Shown: positions 38,501-52,121 of the stretch, one piece after another | Layout of the letters: every line of letters begins with the position of its first letter | Numbering within the stretch: the first letter of the stretch is position 1 | Source of the DNA: Octopus bimaculoides | Lineage: Eukaryota | DNA: 64,000 nucleotides | NCBI RefSeq assembly: GCF_001194135.2 | Contig: NC_068983.1 | Span: forward strand, 102,919,195 to 102,983,194 | Direction of reading: 5' to 3' | Notes under the pieces: generated by a model | Databases searched by the model: none | What the model was told of the DNA's origin: nothing | The model's input: the letters and a program-made list of their open reading frames with translations, nothing else | Made by a program: the position numbers and the translations under genes

Positions 38501-39607
38501 TCAAGCAAGAGCATGAAGCAAGTAAGCAGCACCATATTGAATCCCTTTACACTTTTACACTCTATCATTACTCTTTATTCCTTTCATCAAGACACCTGTG
38601 TAACATGGGACTGCACTGGATTTAGCTGTATTCAATACTCCCTACCTTCATTATTTTTTCACTCACTCACTCTCTGTCTCTGTCTCTCTCTCTCTCTCTT
38701 TCTCTTTGATGTCTTGTCAAGCACATGACAACCACTTTAGTGCTGGTGTCATGACAAAATACACAAAGTACATGCTGGAAAGTGAATGGTGTTAGGAAAG
38801 GCATCCAGCTTTAGAAACCATGCCAGAATGGATTGTCTGAGTGTGATATGATCCTCCAGCCAATCTAAAAGTGCAGTAACTCTGAAAATGAATACACTTG
38901 GACTATAATGACCGATCCAACCCATACCAAGATGGGAAGTCAATGTAAAATGAGCTGATCATGATGATGACGACGATGATGATGACACACATGGTGAATT
39001 TTTGCACAGTTTCCACTGCCCAAATTCCACTCACAAGGCCTTAGTCAAACTAAAATCACAGCAGAAGACTCTTGCCTAAGCTGGTGCATAGTGGTATCTA
39101 ACCTAGAACCATGAGGCTGCAAGGGGAGCTTCTAGTCAATAATAACATCCAAATTGACTGGAAATGTTCCTCATCTTCCATATTTTCAGTTTATTTTCAT
39201 ATAAAAATATAATCTTACAGGGTAACAAGTAATAATGATTTCTAGCTTCGGCACAGGGTCACAATTTTTTGATATAAGTACTTATGATTACACATACACA
39301 CACACGCCACCGCTGCCGCCACCACCACCACCATCATCATCATTCTAACATCCACTTTTCCATGCATGTATGGGTCAGATGGAATTTATTGAGGCTGATT
39401 TTCTATGGCCAGAGGCCCTTCCTTTCACCAACACCCACCTGCTTCTAAATAAGGTGACATTTCCCCATAGCCAGACATGTTTTGCAGAGTATTGGAAATA
39501 AATTACACTGCTTGTATGACAGTGACACTTATTTACAACTATCATGCAACACCAAGATAAGGAGACACAAACATGCAGATATACATAACTGCATATATAT
39601 GTACATA

Positions 39608-40502
39608 CGTGGGCTGATCAATAAGTATCCGGACTGTTGCCATAGTAACAAAGCTAAAGTATGCAAAGTGAAGCCACTTGGCACAGATTGACCTTGAATT
39701 CTGTTGCATATACAGACTAAGTTTTAATGTTCTAGCTCACTTTTGCTGTTTACAGCAGTACTTGGAAGGAAGGTGTGAAGCATGTGACGGTTGCATTGAC
39801 CATGACAGAGAAAGGTGAGCAGAGAATCTGCATCAAATGTTGCCAAAAGCTTGGCGATAACTGCACAGAGGCTTATGCAAAGTTTTCAAAAAGTTTTCAT
39901 CATTCTCAACACAATCAAGGAGATCTTGTGCAACTGAAACCTGAGTGTCTTTTTGGTCAGCTGAAAGCAGTTTTGGCACAAACTTGGCAGACTCATGTCT
40001 CATACGCAAATCTTCAGTGATAATGGACTGAACTGAACCAAAACTAATCTGCACATCTTCTGAAAACTCACGGATGGTGCTTCAACAATTTCCCTTCATA
40101 GCTGCATGCACATCTGAGATGTTTTTCTTGGTTCTGCTGGTTGCAGGTCTCCCAGAACATTCGTCAATATTGACATTTCTTCAGCCATCACGGAAACGTC
40201 TGAACCAATTGTACACTTGTGTGCAGCTAATACACTCCTCTCCATACACTCTCTGCAACTTTGCGTAGGCCTCTGAGCAGGTATCATCATGACAGCTTTC
40301 TTTGTCATGGCCAATGCGACATTCACATGCAACACACCTTCCTACTGAGCACTGCTGTAAATAGTGGAAGTGAGCTAGAATGTTAAAACTTAGTGCACAT
40401 GCACAGCAGAATTCAAGGTCAACTTTTGGCAAGCGGTTTCACTCTGCGTGCTTTAGCTTCGTTACTATAGCAACAGTCCAGATACTTATTTATCAAACCT
40501 CA
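39608..40502. mobile_element. mariner derivative made of two inverted 5' ends
   Basis: TA-flanked; both termini read (C/T)G.GG..TGAT.AATAAGTATC.GGACTGTTGC.ATAGTAAC inward, and each continues into the transposase start. Confidence 0.8.
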
Positions 40503-40756
40503 TATACACACACACACACACACATATACAAACGCATACAGTCACACACAGCAGGTTTCTTTCAGTTTCCATCAATCAAGTCCACTTAAAAGGCTTCGGT
40601 CTGCCCAAAGCGATTGTAGAAGATACTTGCCCAAGGTACCATGCAGTCGGATTGAACCCAAAACTACGTGGATGGGAAGCAAGTTTCTTAAGCATGCAGT
40701 CGTATACCCACCTACACATACGTATATATACATATTCATACTCACACACACATGTA

Positions 40757-41342
40757 TGAGGGAATGTCAAAAATTATCTGCACTTTCACCATAATGTATC
40801 TTTACTATTGTCACACTACCATCTGTGCATGAGTGCTTATAGTTGGTACTATTGCAGTCATGTGCTCAAAGTTTGAGCCAAATCGTGCCATTTTTCTTTC
40901 TGACTTTACAGTGTAAGCATGGCCACTCCACTAGTAATGTGCACCAAAGAAGAACAAAGAGCAGTGATCTGATTTCTCTGGTCAAAAGGTGTGTCAGGTG
41001 CTGAAATTCATCGGAGGCTTTTAGTACAATAAAGGGACAGTGCACTATCGTGTGGTGGATCAAGAAGTTTAAAAGTGACTGGACAAGTATGACGCATGAA
41101 GAGGGAACGGGATGCCCATCAACCTCCACCAGTGACAAGAAGACTCAGCAAGTTTGAGAGATCGTAATGGTGAACCGGTTCACCATTACCATCTCTTGGT
41201 TCACTGCTCTTTGTTCTTCTTTGGTGCACATTGCTAGTGGAGTGGCCATGATTACACTGTAAAGCCAGAAAGAAAAATAGCGTGACCGCAATAGCACTAA
41301 CTATAAACACACATACGCAAAAGGCAGTGTGACTTCCCCTCA
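40757..41342. mobile_element. Fold-back mariner derivative of a second family
   Basis: TA|TGAGGGAATGTC ... GACTTCCCCTCA|TA; the right arm is an inverted, deleted copy of the left 5' end. Confidence 0.78.
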
Positions 41343-41541
41343 TACATACATATACAGATATATACACACACACTTATATGCACATACACATATATGGTTC
41401 AAACTGAGTGCATGGTGTTGATAAGCCACAATAATGGCAAAATATTGATATCCGTCATTCTTAATTCAATACAAGGTGAGTTGTCTCACCTAGTCTATGA
41501 CTTTCAGGTATTTTAACACCCAGCATACGAGGGAGTCTCTT

Positions 41542-41613
<72 letters not shown>

Positions 41614-41784
41614 TACATGCATATATACATATACATACATATATACACATATTTTTCATACACATACACACATATAGATGGGTGCTGATGAAGTGAGTTA
41701 GATGGGTGCAGTTGAAGGGGGAAAAACAAAACTCCCAAAATATGGCATACGTGTCCATTACCCGTTTTTCATCTTTGATCTTAT

Positions 41785-41825
<41 letters not shown>

Positions 41826-41985
41826 ATTCAAAAAGGGATAAAACTCTTTTACAAGAATTTTATCAAGAAGCCAGTGTGTAAAAAAATTCATTTTGTTGGT
41901 TGTTTTTCCTCGCATTAGGTACTAAATGTGGTCATTTTGAGAAGTCCACTGTGTGGCGTTATTATTTTTCTGTAATAATGCCCTT

Positions 41986-42038
<53 letters not shown>

Positions 42039-44177
42039 TCACACATTGGGGGAAAATGTTTTGATAGCATGCATCAATTCATTTTTCTTTTTCTTCCTTT
42101 TTAGATGCTTGTAAAGCTGTGAAGTAAATTATCTCTTGTACAAGGTGCTTTAAAAAGAATTAGTTTAATTGTAGCAACATTTGTATTCATGTTTGAAGGT
42201 GTACCCTTCAGCTTTGTCATCTGAGGGATGTTTTGTAAAACATTGTGACTCAAAGAAACAATATCTTTACAGACGTCAAGAAAGCATGCAAAATTATTAG
42301 TTGAAAAGCAATAAATTTCTTAGTCTGAACACAATTTAAAATTATGCACAAACACTGGTCGAAAAAAAAAAGAGAGAGTGTTAAGGATGATATGTGTATA
42401 TAACAACACAGTAGAGACAACAAGCAGATTCTCTAGACAACTTGGTGTGGAAATATACAATAATGAATATGGAATCTATAGGGCGGAAATTTTATGCAAT
42501 TATACAAGTTTTATAAGTATTTTTTAATTCTATTCTGATTCATGAATTTCTAATTTTCATTACAATGTTTCATTATGTAAAAATTTCAATTATATCTTTG
42601 ATTGCATTCTACTGTTAAAGTTGTTTAAAGCATAACACATGTTATGACAAGCAGAATAATGATTGTAGATTGCTGAACCTTTTAAGTTTCCAATAACATG
42701 ACATAATTAATTTCTTTTAAGAGATATCAACCCAGATAAATTATGTTATCAACTATCTTGAAACATTAAAAAAAAAAAGCCTCAATTCCAAATTTAAAAT
42801 ATCTTCAAAATTAGAAAAATAATACACGACTAAATATATACACAAATACACACATACACCTATACACATATTTATTGTATGATTTTGGTTGTAATATGAG
42901 CTAATATATAGATCTACGGTATATTTTCTGCTGCTACTCTCGTATTCAGTTTTCTTCATCACTAAGAGAAGGAAATGTAGACTTGTTATATTTTATGAAA
43001 CCTGCCCTTGTAAATGTTCAAAAATATTATGTCTCTAATATTAGCTGGAACCTCACTTCAGCATACTTTAAAATAAATTTTAGTTTCAGTCTCTATCTTT
43101 TCTTTATGAGCTGAAAAACAATGCCCATTGTTTTGTGTGTTTGTGCATAGATAAAGTAATTCTGGATATCATGCCAGCTGCATGCTTGGGACTCTGTTAA
43201 ATACTTTATATACTTTTATTACCATGTTTGGTTACTTCTAGATCAACAGCAATATATTACTACTATGGTGATTTCATCCACTGCAAAGCTATTTGCCTAT
43301 TTTAATTATCATCTAATTCAATATTTCAACAGCTGTCAAATAAAACTGGAAATATTGAAGTTAAGCAATAAATAGCAAGATAGGCTTATATTTTAAATAG
43401 AAAGCGATTAGAGAAAAGCATCTAAGTACTAGCAGGAAGCTATATTAAACTGCAAAATAATGTAGGTAATATTGCTTTCTCTATCTATCACATCAGTATA
43501 ATTAGGTAATAGTTCCCAATATATTGGAAGTCTAAATAAAATTCTCATTATTTGTTTCTAATTTTTAAAGTGTATTATGAATTTCAAAGGTGAAAAGAAA
43601 GTAATCTTAAAGAAAACAAATGACTGACATACAGTCGCCTCTAAACAAAATATAAATCTACACCTAAAATATAGTATATCCTATCATATACAGGAGGCTT
43701 ATATGGAGAAAAACAAAAAATTACAAAATGGAGATGGTATGGAAACAAACAAAAAGATTGTTGTTATTGTTTTGTTTCTTTGAAATGAAAACATCAAATA
43801 TTTCATGAAGGTCTTTCATCTATTACTAAAACCAACATCTGAAAATCATAAACACCATGTAGGAAAGGGTTGCAATAAAAGATTAGAAACAGGACTGTTG
43901 TAAGTAAGCAAAGACTGGTTGACCAAAATCGTAGAAAAGCACACTTATTTGTAATAATATCTAACACAAAATCTAAAACTGCCTATTTGTAGATGAGTGT
44001 GTGAATGTATGTGCATGTAATTATACAAGAGAATATGTGTATGTAGTTACACCATCTTCTGTACACATATTTACAAATTACAGGCACACATATAGACGTA
44101 GATTGTTATAAAAAGTGCAGGCGTAGTAAAATAGCTGGAAATTGAGAATCAGTGTCAAGAAAACCAGCTGAGACTAC

Positions 44178-44249
44178 CTTCAGTGCCGAAGAAGATTTGG
44201 ACTCCTTCTCTACTTTACTTTTTACTGTCTGTGAGTCATCCTCTTTATC
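44178..44249 (-). CDS. RALGAPB: Candidate in-frame 72-nt cassette exon of RALGAPB
   Basis: Acceptor ttgaatttcag, weak donor gtagtc, phase 0-0 like the host intron. Open charged peptide DKEDDSQTVKSKVEKESKSSSALK. No recalled homologous segment. Confidence 0.45.
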
Positions 44250-46247
44250 CTGAAATTCAATAATGAAATACAAACACAGGTGATGATGATATGTTTTTTT
44301 GAAATGGAATAATAAAACAAAAGAAACAAAAACAGAGAATTAATAAAACCGAAAAAAAAAAAAGGTAAAGTGAAAGTGAGGATGGGTGCATTTTAACTCA
44401 ATGAAGAAGAAATAAAAGAAAAAAACCGTAACATAGTTTGTAAACAGGGTTGAACAGAAGAACAGGTTTGGTTGAAGCAATGTTATTATTGACAGCAGCA
44501 CTCCATACTTACAGGTTCTAAAGCTGTTTCATTGGTTGAAGGCTTTCCAGAAATGGAGATTTCATCTAAATACAATATAAGCTACAACAGCAAGAATAAT
44601 TGATAATTGGAACGCAAAAGTAAAAAAAGATGTTTAGGGAGAAGTTAAAACAGGCTGTTCCCATTTTAAAGGTGATAAAGAAGTTTATCAAGAAATCTCC
44701 TTACTGTGTCTCATCCTTGTCACCAAAACCCATACTGGATACTTAATCAGTTCTTCCAAAAACTACAAATCTCTGGAATTCCCTCTCTGCCCATATTCTA
44801 TTTACAGCTATCATCTTACAGACATTCAAGCTTTAATCCCAACAACTAAAATGGGTGGTTACAAGTTACACCCAAATATTAGCAGGCTAAATGAAAGAAA
44901 ATAAAATATGAGTATTATGTCCTGTGCAATCATTTTTGAGAGTGTTGATTAAAGATTATGACTTTGTTATCTAGCTGATCAACCACTCAGATATATATAT
45001 ATAATATATATATAAAGAAAAAAAGAATAATAAATGCCTTCACAAACCACAGAAACACATAGAACCAATTTGTAACTCTTTTCAAGCCATATTTCAAAAA
45101 GAGCACATTGCTTGTCTGTTTCCTTCAATTTTGAAATCAAGGATATGGAAAGGTTTCGTAAAATAAGTAAATTATTCTTTATTAAGCTGATGTTTGGAAT
45201 ATAGCTTCTTACATAAAATTACATGGTTAAGTTTCAGTTTAAATATAAACACTTTAAGATAGACAATTTTGTAACACAGAACCAAAAGTGGTCACAAGCA
45301 GGCTGGAATCATCATCGACGTCATCAACATCTTTATTTTATGTTTTCCATATTGATGATAGAAGCAGTTCATATTTGAAGTTACTCCAGATGGGTTGGAA
45401 GGCCATGTTCCACTCATAGGTCTTCAGTCATGTTAAATGGATGAGAAATGAACTACCAGCCTCTGCTATCTACTTCTCATAGTTATGTGATACATTTCAA
45501 ATGAAGTATCCTTTTTGATGTAAGAATGACTGACCAATAAGTCAAATATTCAACAATTTGTCTTCAGTTTTAACTCCACTAATATTTACTATATATACAC
45601 TATATTGCTCAGCAGTAAAATTACATTGATTGGAAAATATTAAATTATATATACAATGTTACAGTTCAGTAACAGAAACAAAAATATTAGTATAAGCCCT
45701 CAGAGTTTAGTTTAGAGGATCAACGATAAAAAAAAAAATATTTTAACAAATAAAGAAAAAATAAGTAAAAACAATAAGAACGTAATGCAAATGTTTAAAG
45801 AATTTGTTTTGATTTACAATGTTGACATCAATAAAGAACTAACTCATTAGAAAAGAAGTATTAGTGATTTCTAGCATAGGCACAAAGCCGCACATTTTGA
45901 GGAAAGGGTAGGTTTGAATATATAAACCTCTGTACTTTATGGTACTTTATTTTGTCAACTTTGGAAAGATGAAAAGTAAATGCAAAAATCCACTACAACA
46001 GAATTTGAACATAAAAGGATGTACTAAAGATTGTAAGGCATTATTTTATCTGCCACTCTGCCCTAGAAAGAAGCAATATTAAAATCCCGGTTGTTTTGTA
46101 GATAGATATCAAAAGATTTTCCAAAGCAGCAGTGACTCAAACTGAAGAACATACCACAGTCATATTACTTCTTAAAATATACATGTATCGGTATATGTAG
46201 CTGTTTAATAAAGAGAGACAGTCAAAGATGCATATGTAAAACTTTAC

Positions 46248-46389
46248 CTGAGATTTAGAACCAGAAATACCAAGCTCTACAACTTCAAGGACATTATGTA
46301 GACATTCTTTATCATAGAGCAGGCTACTATGCTCAACAAGCCACAGCTTCAGGCACTTGAAAGCTGCAACAATTCTAGAGTGAAGGTCT
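46248..46389 (-). CDS. RALGAPB: RALGAPB exon, 142 nt, phase 2-0
   Basis: atcttcag / gtaaag. [47 protein letters not shown] matches recalled [33 protein letters not shown]. Confidence 0.95.
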
Positions 46390-46749
46390 CTGAAGATATA
46401 AATGGAGATATTTTAATGACACAAGTGACATTTGTCAATATTATGGTGTACCCCACCCCTACACACTTTTCCATATTTGCAAAGATAAAATGTTTTTTTT
46501 ATATTTTTTTAGAGCAATTGCTATTACAGATAGCTGGATGGCCTTCATATCACAAACTACAACTATGAATTAAGGATGGAAGTTTCTTTTTGTCAGTCAG
46601 ACACACTTATGTACCTTGTTCATAAACATAACAAAATGGTTATATGATTTGAAATGGTCAAGTAGATCAGAATATTAATCTCATTTTCATTGTGCCTCAA
46701 ATATATTTTACACATTTCTTTACTGCTTAACCATGTCATACGAAGTCAC

Positions 46750-47130
46750 TCATGAACACTCTCCAACTTCTGGTTCACAAATGTGCTGTTTCCTCTTTCT
46801 TTTTTTTTTTCTATAGCTGTAACTGTGTTGCCCAGTCCCTAGTGCTGACCGGTTTTGTGCTGCCTTTACTAGGGTACTCTCATCACATTTGTCTCCCATC
46901 TTCTCCTCACGCGGTATCCAGTTTTTCTGCTGCCACTGTCACTACCACCATCTGGTTCTGCATTAGCCATTATTACACTCACCCAGTCCTTCTTTTCCGG
47001 TACATCAGCCTTCTAGAATTTTCTCCCAGTTCATGTTTTTCCAGCAATCATCAATTTGCAATTATTCAAGAGAAACATTATGTCAATCTCACTGGTCTCA
47101 AAGGACTTGTGAAGGCCTTCAGGCCAAACC
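46750..47130 (+). mobile_element. Old CR1/L2-type LINE 3' fragment; similar piece at about 44640-44840
   Basis: Decayed resemblance to the recalled SLFY..C..P..TR..H..V.LP..SF..T..LWN.LP tail. Confidence 0.4.
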
Positions 47131-48493
47131 AATAAAAAAGAATTTCCATTTTCCTATATCAACAAGTGTAGAATGGTTCAGTGATGAACAAGACTATTCA
47201 GTTAACAGTTATTCACAAGATTTGATCTGTCAGATGCCACACAAAGTTGGAGTTACTAAAACTACTGAAGCTCAGAATTATGTGGCACTTAACTATCAGT
47301 TTTCTTCACACAATACTGTTATTCAACAAAGGCATCCTAATGAATTTATTTTCTCTTTAATCAGTCACAAGCAAGACTAATTCTGCATTGTGATATTAGT
47401 TAAATGAATTAATCCTGATATTTTAATGGTTCAGAAAAAATCATTTTTCTAATGGCTTAACAGTCTTGTGTCGCAGGACTTGCCCATTATAATAAAGAAG
47501 TCAAATGGGAACGAACAATGTTTATGTAAGTTGTTTCAACATCAACGGTAAATTATTTTGCTATTTGTTACCCTAACTTCTCTAGTTCAGAAACTTCATT
47601 ATGTATCTGGTTCCAGCAAACTGAATTAACGAGGTTCAAATTATAAGTTTACTGACATATCAAGATTTTAGCCTCAAATTTACAGAACAGTGTATTTTCT
47701 TTATGGATATCTAAAGAAGCTTTATATAAATATAGTCTTAACTTGAATTAACTTGGTCAAAACGGCACTAAAATACAATTTCCTCAATTCGTCATTTGTG
47801 GCAGAAGCAGTATTGGTTTAGAGCAGCATTCTATATATCTTACTTAAGGTGGTTATTTTATCGAAGGCCACAAAACTGCAGTATCTCTCTTGAGAAAGCT
47901 TCTCGTTTAGATGGTTAGTGCTAAAAAGTTGCTGATATGGAATATAAAAATACCAAGGCCAACAACACAGCCTCTACATGGTTGCTTAACCTGCTAGAGA
48001 AAGCAGTCAAATGTCTATCAAAGCACATCACATGGCCTTAAAGAAAGAAAAACACATTAGATAATGTAGTCCCAAACATCTTTTAAAAGACAGAATGGTT
48101 AAGAGCAGGGTGTGTTGAAAGACATGGGGGTAAACAACAACATAAAAATTGATGATACTGGCTGCACTGATCTGTGAGTGGATTTGGTAGCTGGAGATTG
48201 AAAAAAAGCCTGACATAATGTGTGTGTGTGTTGTGTGTGTGTTGTGCATGTGTGTCCTTGTCTTCACATCACATGATAGTTGTAAAAGTGTGTCAGTCAT
48301 ACAAGCAGTATCCTTCATTTCGAATATTCTATAAGAGCAAGTCTAGCCCTGCGAAAACAAGTTAGAGACAGTAAGGACATCCAGCCATAGAAACTGTCCA
48401 ACCCATACAAGCATAGAAAAGTGGACTCTGAAAACAATAATGATGTTAAAACAATTTACTTGAGGAGAACAAGTAGCATTACATTTCACTCAC

Positions 48494-48719
48494 CTTGAAT
48501 GTGCTGTTGGTGGTCGGCTACACTGATACATAATGAAATCACATATCCACTTCACTGTTCGCTTGCTCATTCCTTCATTAGGTGGTTTCACTCGAACTTT
48601 AGCAAGACCTGATAAAAGTTCCATTGCTGCCAGTGCTGTGTTCAGATCAGTCTTCCAAGAAGACATTAATCGGTGGCATACTAAAGAAGTGGCTTGACCA
48701 AACAAGCTGTGAGCAGTGT
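48494..48719 (-). CDS. RALGAPB: RALGAPB exon, 226 nt, phase 1-2
   Basis: tattttcag / gtgagt. TAHSLFGQATSLVCHRLMSSWKTDLNTALAAMELLSGLAKVRV...CDFIMYQCSRPPTAHSR matches recalled SLAALELLSGLAKV..YIVYQCSRPAPLHSR. Confidence 0.95.
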
Positions 48720-48984
48720 CTGAAAATAAGGATTATTAATCAAATGAGTTATTAAATGCTTAATCCTCAACAGTTTGGCAAAAGGATACAGGTAATGTGC
48801 AATATATTTTTCTCATAATAAGTAATATAATTAACAAACTTGTTAGTTTATTTAATTGGCTATTTAAAGAACCATAAAACTAACATAGTTAAAGCTTGAA
48901 ATGTGTGTATATTAGCTTATTAGTATACTAATGTTAATTGACATTCAACCATTACAAAATTTAATACTAACAGTAAGTAATAAG

Positions 48985-49216
48985 CAGGGCCAGTGCTAGG
49001 AAGTGTGGGGCCCTCTACTCTACAAAAGCTGAAGATTGATATTTTATGTGTTGTGTAATATATCAATCCCAGCCAAAAAGCATTGAGGGCTTGAGGCCAC
49101 AACGATATACTAAAAATACATCATAGTGTCCTCCACTTGAGCATGTGTGCAGGGCCCTCTCTTGGAACAGAGCCCACTTTGAACAAAGTTGTCTCATTGC
49201 CTAAAAACCGATCCTG
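48985..49216. mobile_element. hAT (Tip100-like) MITE
   Basis: Ends CAGGGCCAGT / ACCGATCCTG; 8-bp TSD GTAATAAG on both sides. Confidence 0.8.
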
Positions 49217-50654
49217 GTAATAAGTGCTACACTGATAGAATACTAAATATTCTAGAATTCTTTAATCAAAGTTAGAATTTATAAGTATATGTATGTGTCT
49301 ATATGAAAGAATTATGGAAGAGTATTATTTTGTTCTTCTATTATACGTAGATTTTAGCTCCATATTTTTAAAGAAATAAATGAAACAAATATTACTGTGT
49401 CTATAATTTTACTATAAGAATATAACTGACTTTCCATTGTAAAACTCAGGTCAACTGTATCTATGCAGTCCTATGATCAAAAGCATTCCAAATATAGCCA
49501 AACTGTCTTTTTTATTCTTCAGGACATACAGTATCTAGGACTATTTTATCCAATGTATTCTTTTTTTTTTTAAGATAGCAGGATGTATTTTGAGGGTTTA
49601 GTTGCAGTTTCTAACAGGTTCAGTGTCTGTGTAGTGACTTCCTCATTGGCTCATGCATTTGCTGTTGTTGTTTAGCATGTCACACCTGAATGGGCAAATC
49701 TGTGATTAGAGGGATTCCAGCTTTGACCATCTTTATAGGCGTTTCTAAGACTATTTATCTCAGGTGTCCATTCTTCATTTTTTCTTTAAGATGGAATCAT
49801 TTTGAAGGAGATAGGGTACCTATTTCTAGCATATTAAATGACCATGTAGAGGTTCCCTCAGCTGCTTGTTGTAGAAGTAGATATGTTGTGTTTTAATATG
49901 CTGGCACTCTTTCTGGGTGTTAGTCTAAATATACAAATAGACATACCTACATTGTGTTAAATAGGAAAATGTTTATTAGAAGAATTTGGCAACAAGCTAC
50001 AGTGAATAATTTAGTAGATCATATTAGTAATATAAGTGATATTAGAATTGTACTTTAGTACTGATTCAAGCAATGCCAAAAGGTTAACAGGAAAACAGGA
50101 AATAGTTGCAAGTTGAGGGAAGGAATTAAACATAATTTTACCAGCTTTTTGCTAATATTATATATATCTATATATACATATGTGTGTGTGTGTAAGTATA
50201 TATAACAGAAAACTGTTAAAATAAGAAACAGTAAAAGCAAATTATGGACTAAATAAAAGTAGTTGCAATGCCAATGTATACATAGCAAGCAGCAGTAATG
50301 AATATTCAGGATATTTTCAAATGTATAACCACATAGAAATCAATAAAGATGATGTGCCATCTGGGGATTGACAGCTCTAATATTAGTGTCCATCTCTAAT
50401 TTACATGTAGAAGTGTGCAGGATAGGGGTAAATGTAAGTTTCAAAATTAAACTCAAAACATTTACATTTGTTCCTGAATGACACCGACAATAGCCATGGT
50501 TATACATCCAACATATAGCTACATCTAGTAACATATAAATATATGATATAACAATCATCTGTCCATGGGGAGACAAAGGGCATATGAAATAGTTTGCTGA
50601 CAGAGGATGCACATCTAGGAACAAGGGGTGGTGGTGGTGGCAGATGATATACAT

Positions 50655-51363
50655 GTGGTAATATAGAGATAGGTGATATTGCAAATAGTAGCATGGGAAT
50701 AGATGACATATTACATGTAGTAACATGTAGTAAGATAGGGGTAGATAACAATATTGCATATGAGAGTACAGGAGTAGGTAACAATATTGCATATAAGAGA
50801 TGGGGGAGTAGATGACAATATTGCATATAAAATCAGTGGGGTAGATAATAATATTACATATAGTAACATAGGGTACATGATAATACTGCATTTAAGAGCA
50901 AGGGGGTAGGTAACAATATTGCATATAGTAATATGGGGTAGATATCAATATTGCATATAAGAGCAAGGGGTAAATGACAATATTGCACATTAGAGATGGG
51001 GGTAGATAACAATATTGCATATAAGAGCAGAGGGTAGATGACAATATTGCATATAAGAGCATGGGGGTAGATAACAATATTGTATAAGAGCAGAGGGTAG
51101 ATGACAATATTGCATATAAGAGCATGGGGGTAGATAACAATATTGTATAAGAGCAGAGGGTAGATGACAATATTGCATATAAGAACATAAGGGTAGATAA
51201 CAATATTGTATGTAAGAGCAGAGGGTAGATGACAATATTGCATATAAGAACATGGGGGTAAATAACAATATTGTATAAGAGCAGAGGGTAGATGACAATA
51301 TTGCATATAAGAACATGAGGGTAGATAACAATATTGTATGTAAGAGCATGGGAGTAGATAACA
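50655..51363. repeat. Minisatellite with 31-32-bp units and 63-bp AB higher-order period
   Basis: A=ATAAGAGCAGAGGGTAGATGACAATATTGCAT (32 bp), B=ATAAGAGCATGGGGGTAGATAACAATATTGT (31 bp). They alternate from 51021; monomers to the left are more diverged. Confidence 0.92.
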
Positions 51364-52121
51364 TACAGCTGGCCAATAATAATGCATCAGCAGAGGACAT
51401 AATACACTTCATTATAAACAATAAGAAGCATTATAACAATAGTCAGTTTTATTTTGTTATAGACACTTATAATATTGCTATATCAACCTAGCTTCACACA
51501 CACACACACACACACACACACAATAATCAGTTACCTAAAGTGAACATCTACAATATTAAAGATACATTCATATTAGACTATATATATAATTAGTTCTGGC
51601 TTATCCAGAAGGATGTTGGAATTCTGTCAATTTTTTTTTCTTTTTTTTTTTTTTGTTATTTGTATAATTATCAATTTTCTTCCTAAATGTATCTTAGGTG
51701 TCAGGTCTGTCACAGTTTACAGCTTCATTAGGCTGGAGCTAATTCTGGTTTTACCCTCAAAAACACAATATGTTGCCTGATGTGGAAATTGAAACTGCAA
51801 TCTTACGATCATGAGACAAACACACTAACCACTAGGTCATGAGCCTTCACTATACAACCACTAAATTTCTTTGGCCATTTGTATACAGCCATAAATTTTC
51901 TGACTTATTTATTTAGTTGGCAATTGTTATTTGAATACAGTCTTCAAAAATATCTGTATAAGCCTACATAGGGAAGCAATGATTAAAATGGATATTACTT
52001 GAAATGTAAAAAAAAAAAATGTTAAGAAGAAAAAATAGTAGTAGCTAGTAGTAGTTAGTAACAATGTGAATGAAATACCCCTGTTGTAAGCTTGAAATGT
52101 AAATTCATCAGAATATCATAC

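Noticed and set aside
42918-42961. Possible exon MKKTEYESSSRKYT with a good acceptor
   Set aside because: Only open as phase 1-0, incompatible on its own with the phase 0-0 intron; weak donor.
50340-51421. Tyr/Cys/Pro-rich ORFs of 103-183 aa
   Set aside because: Several frames are open because of the minisatellite period; no splice support.
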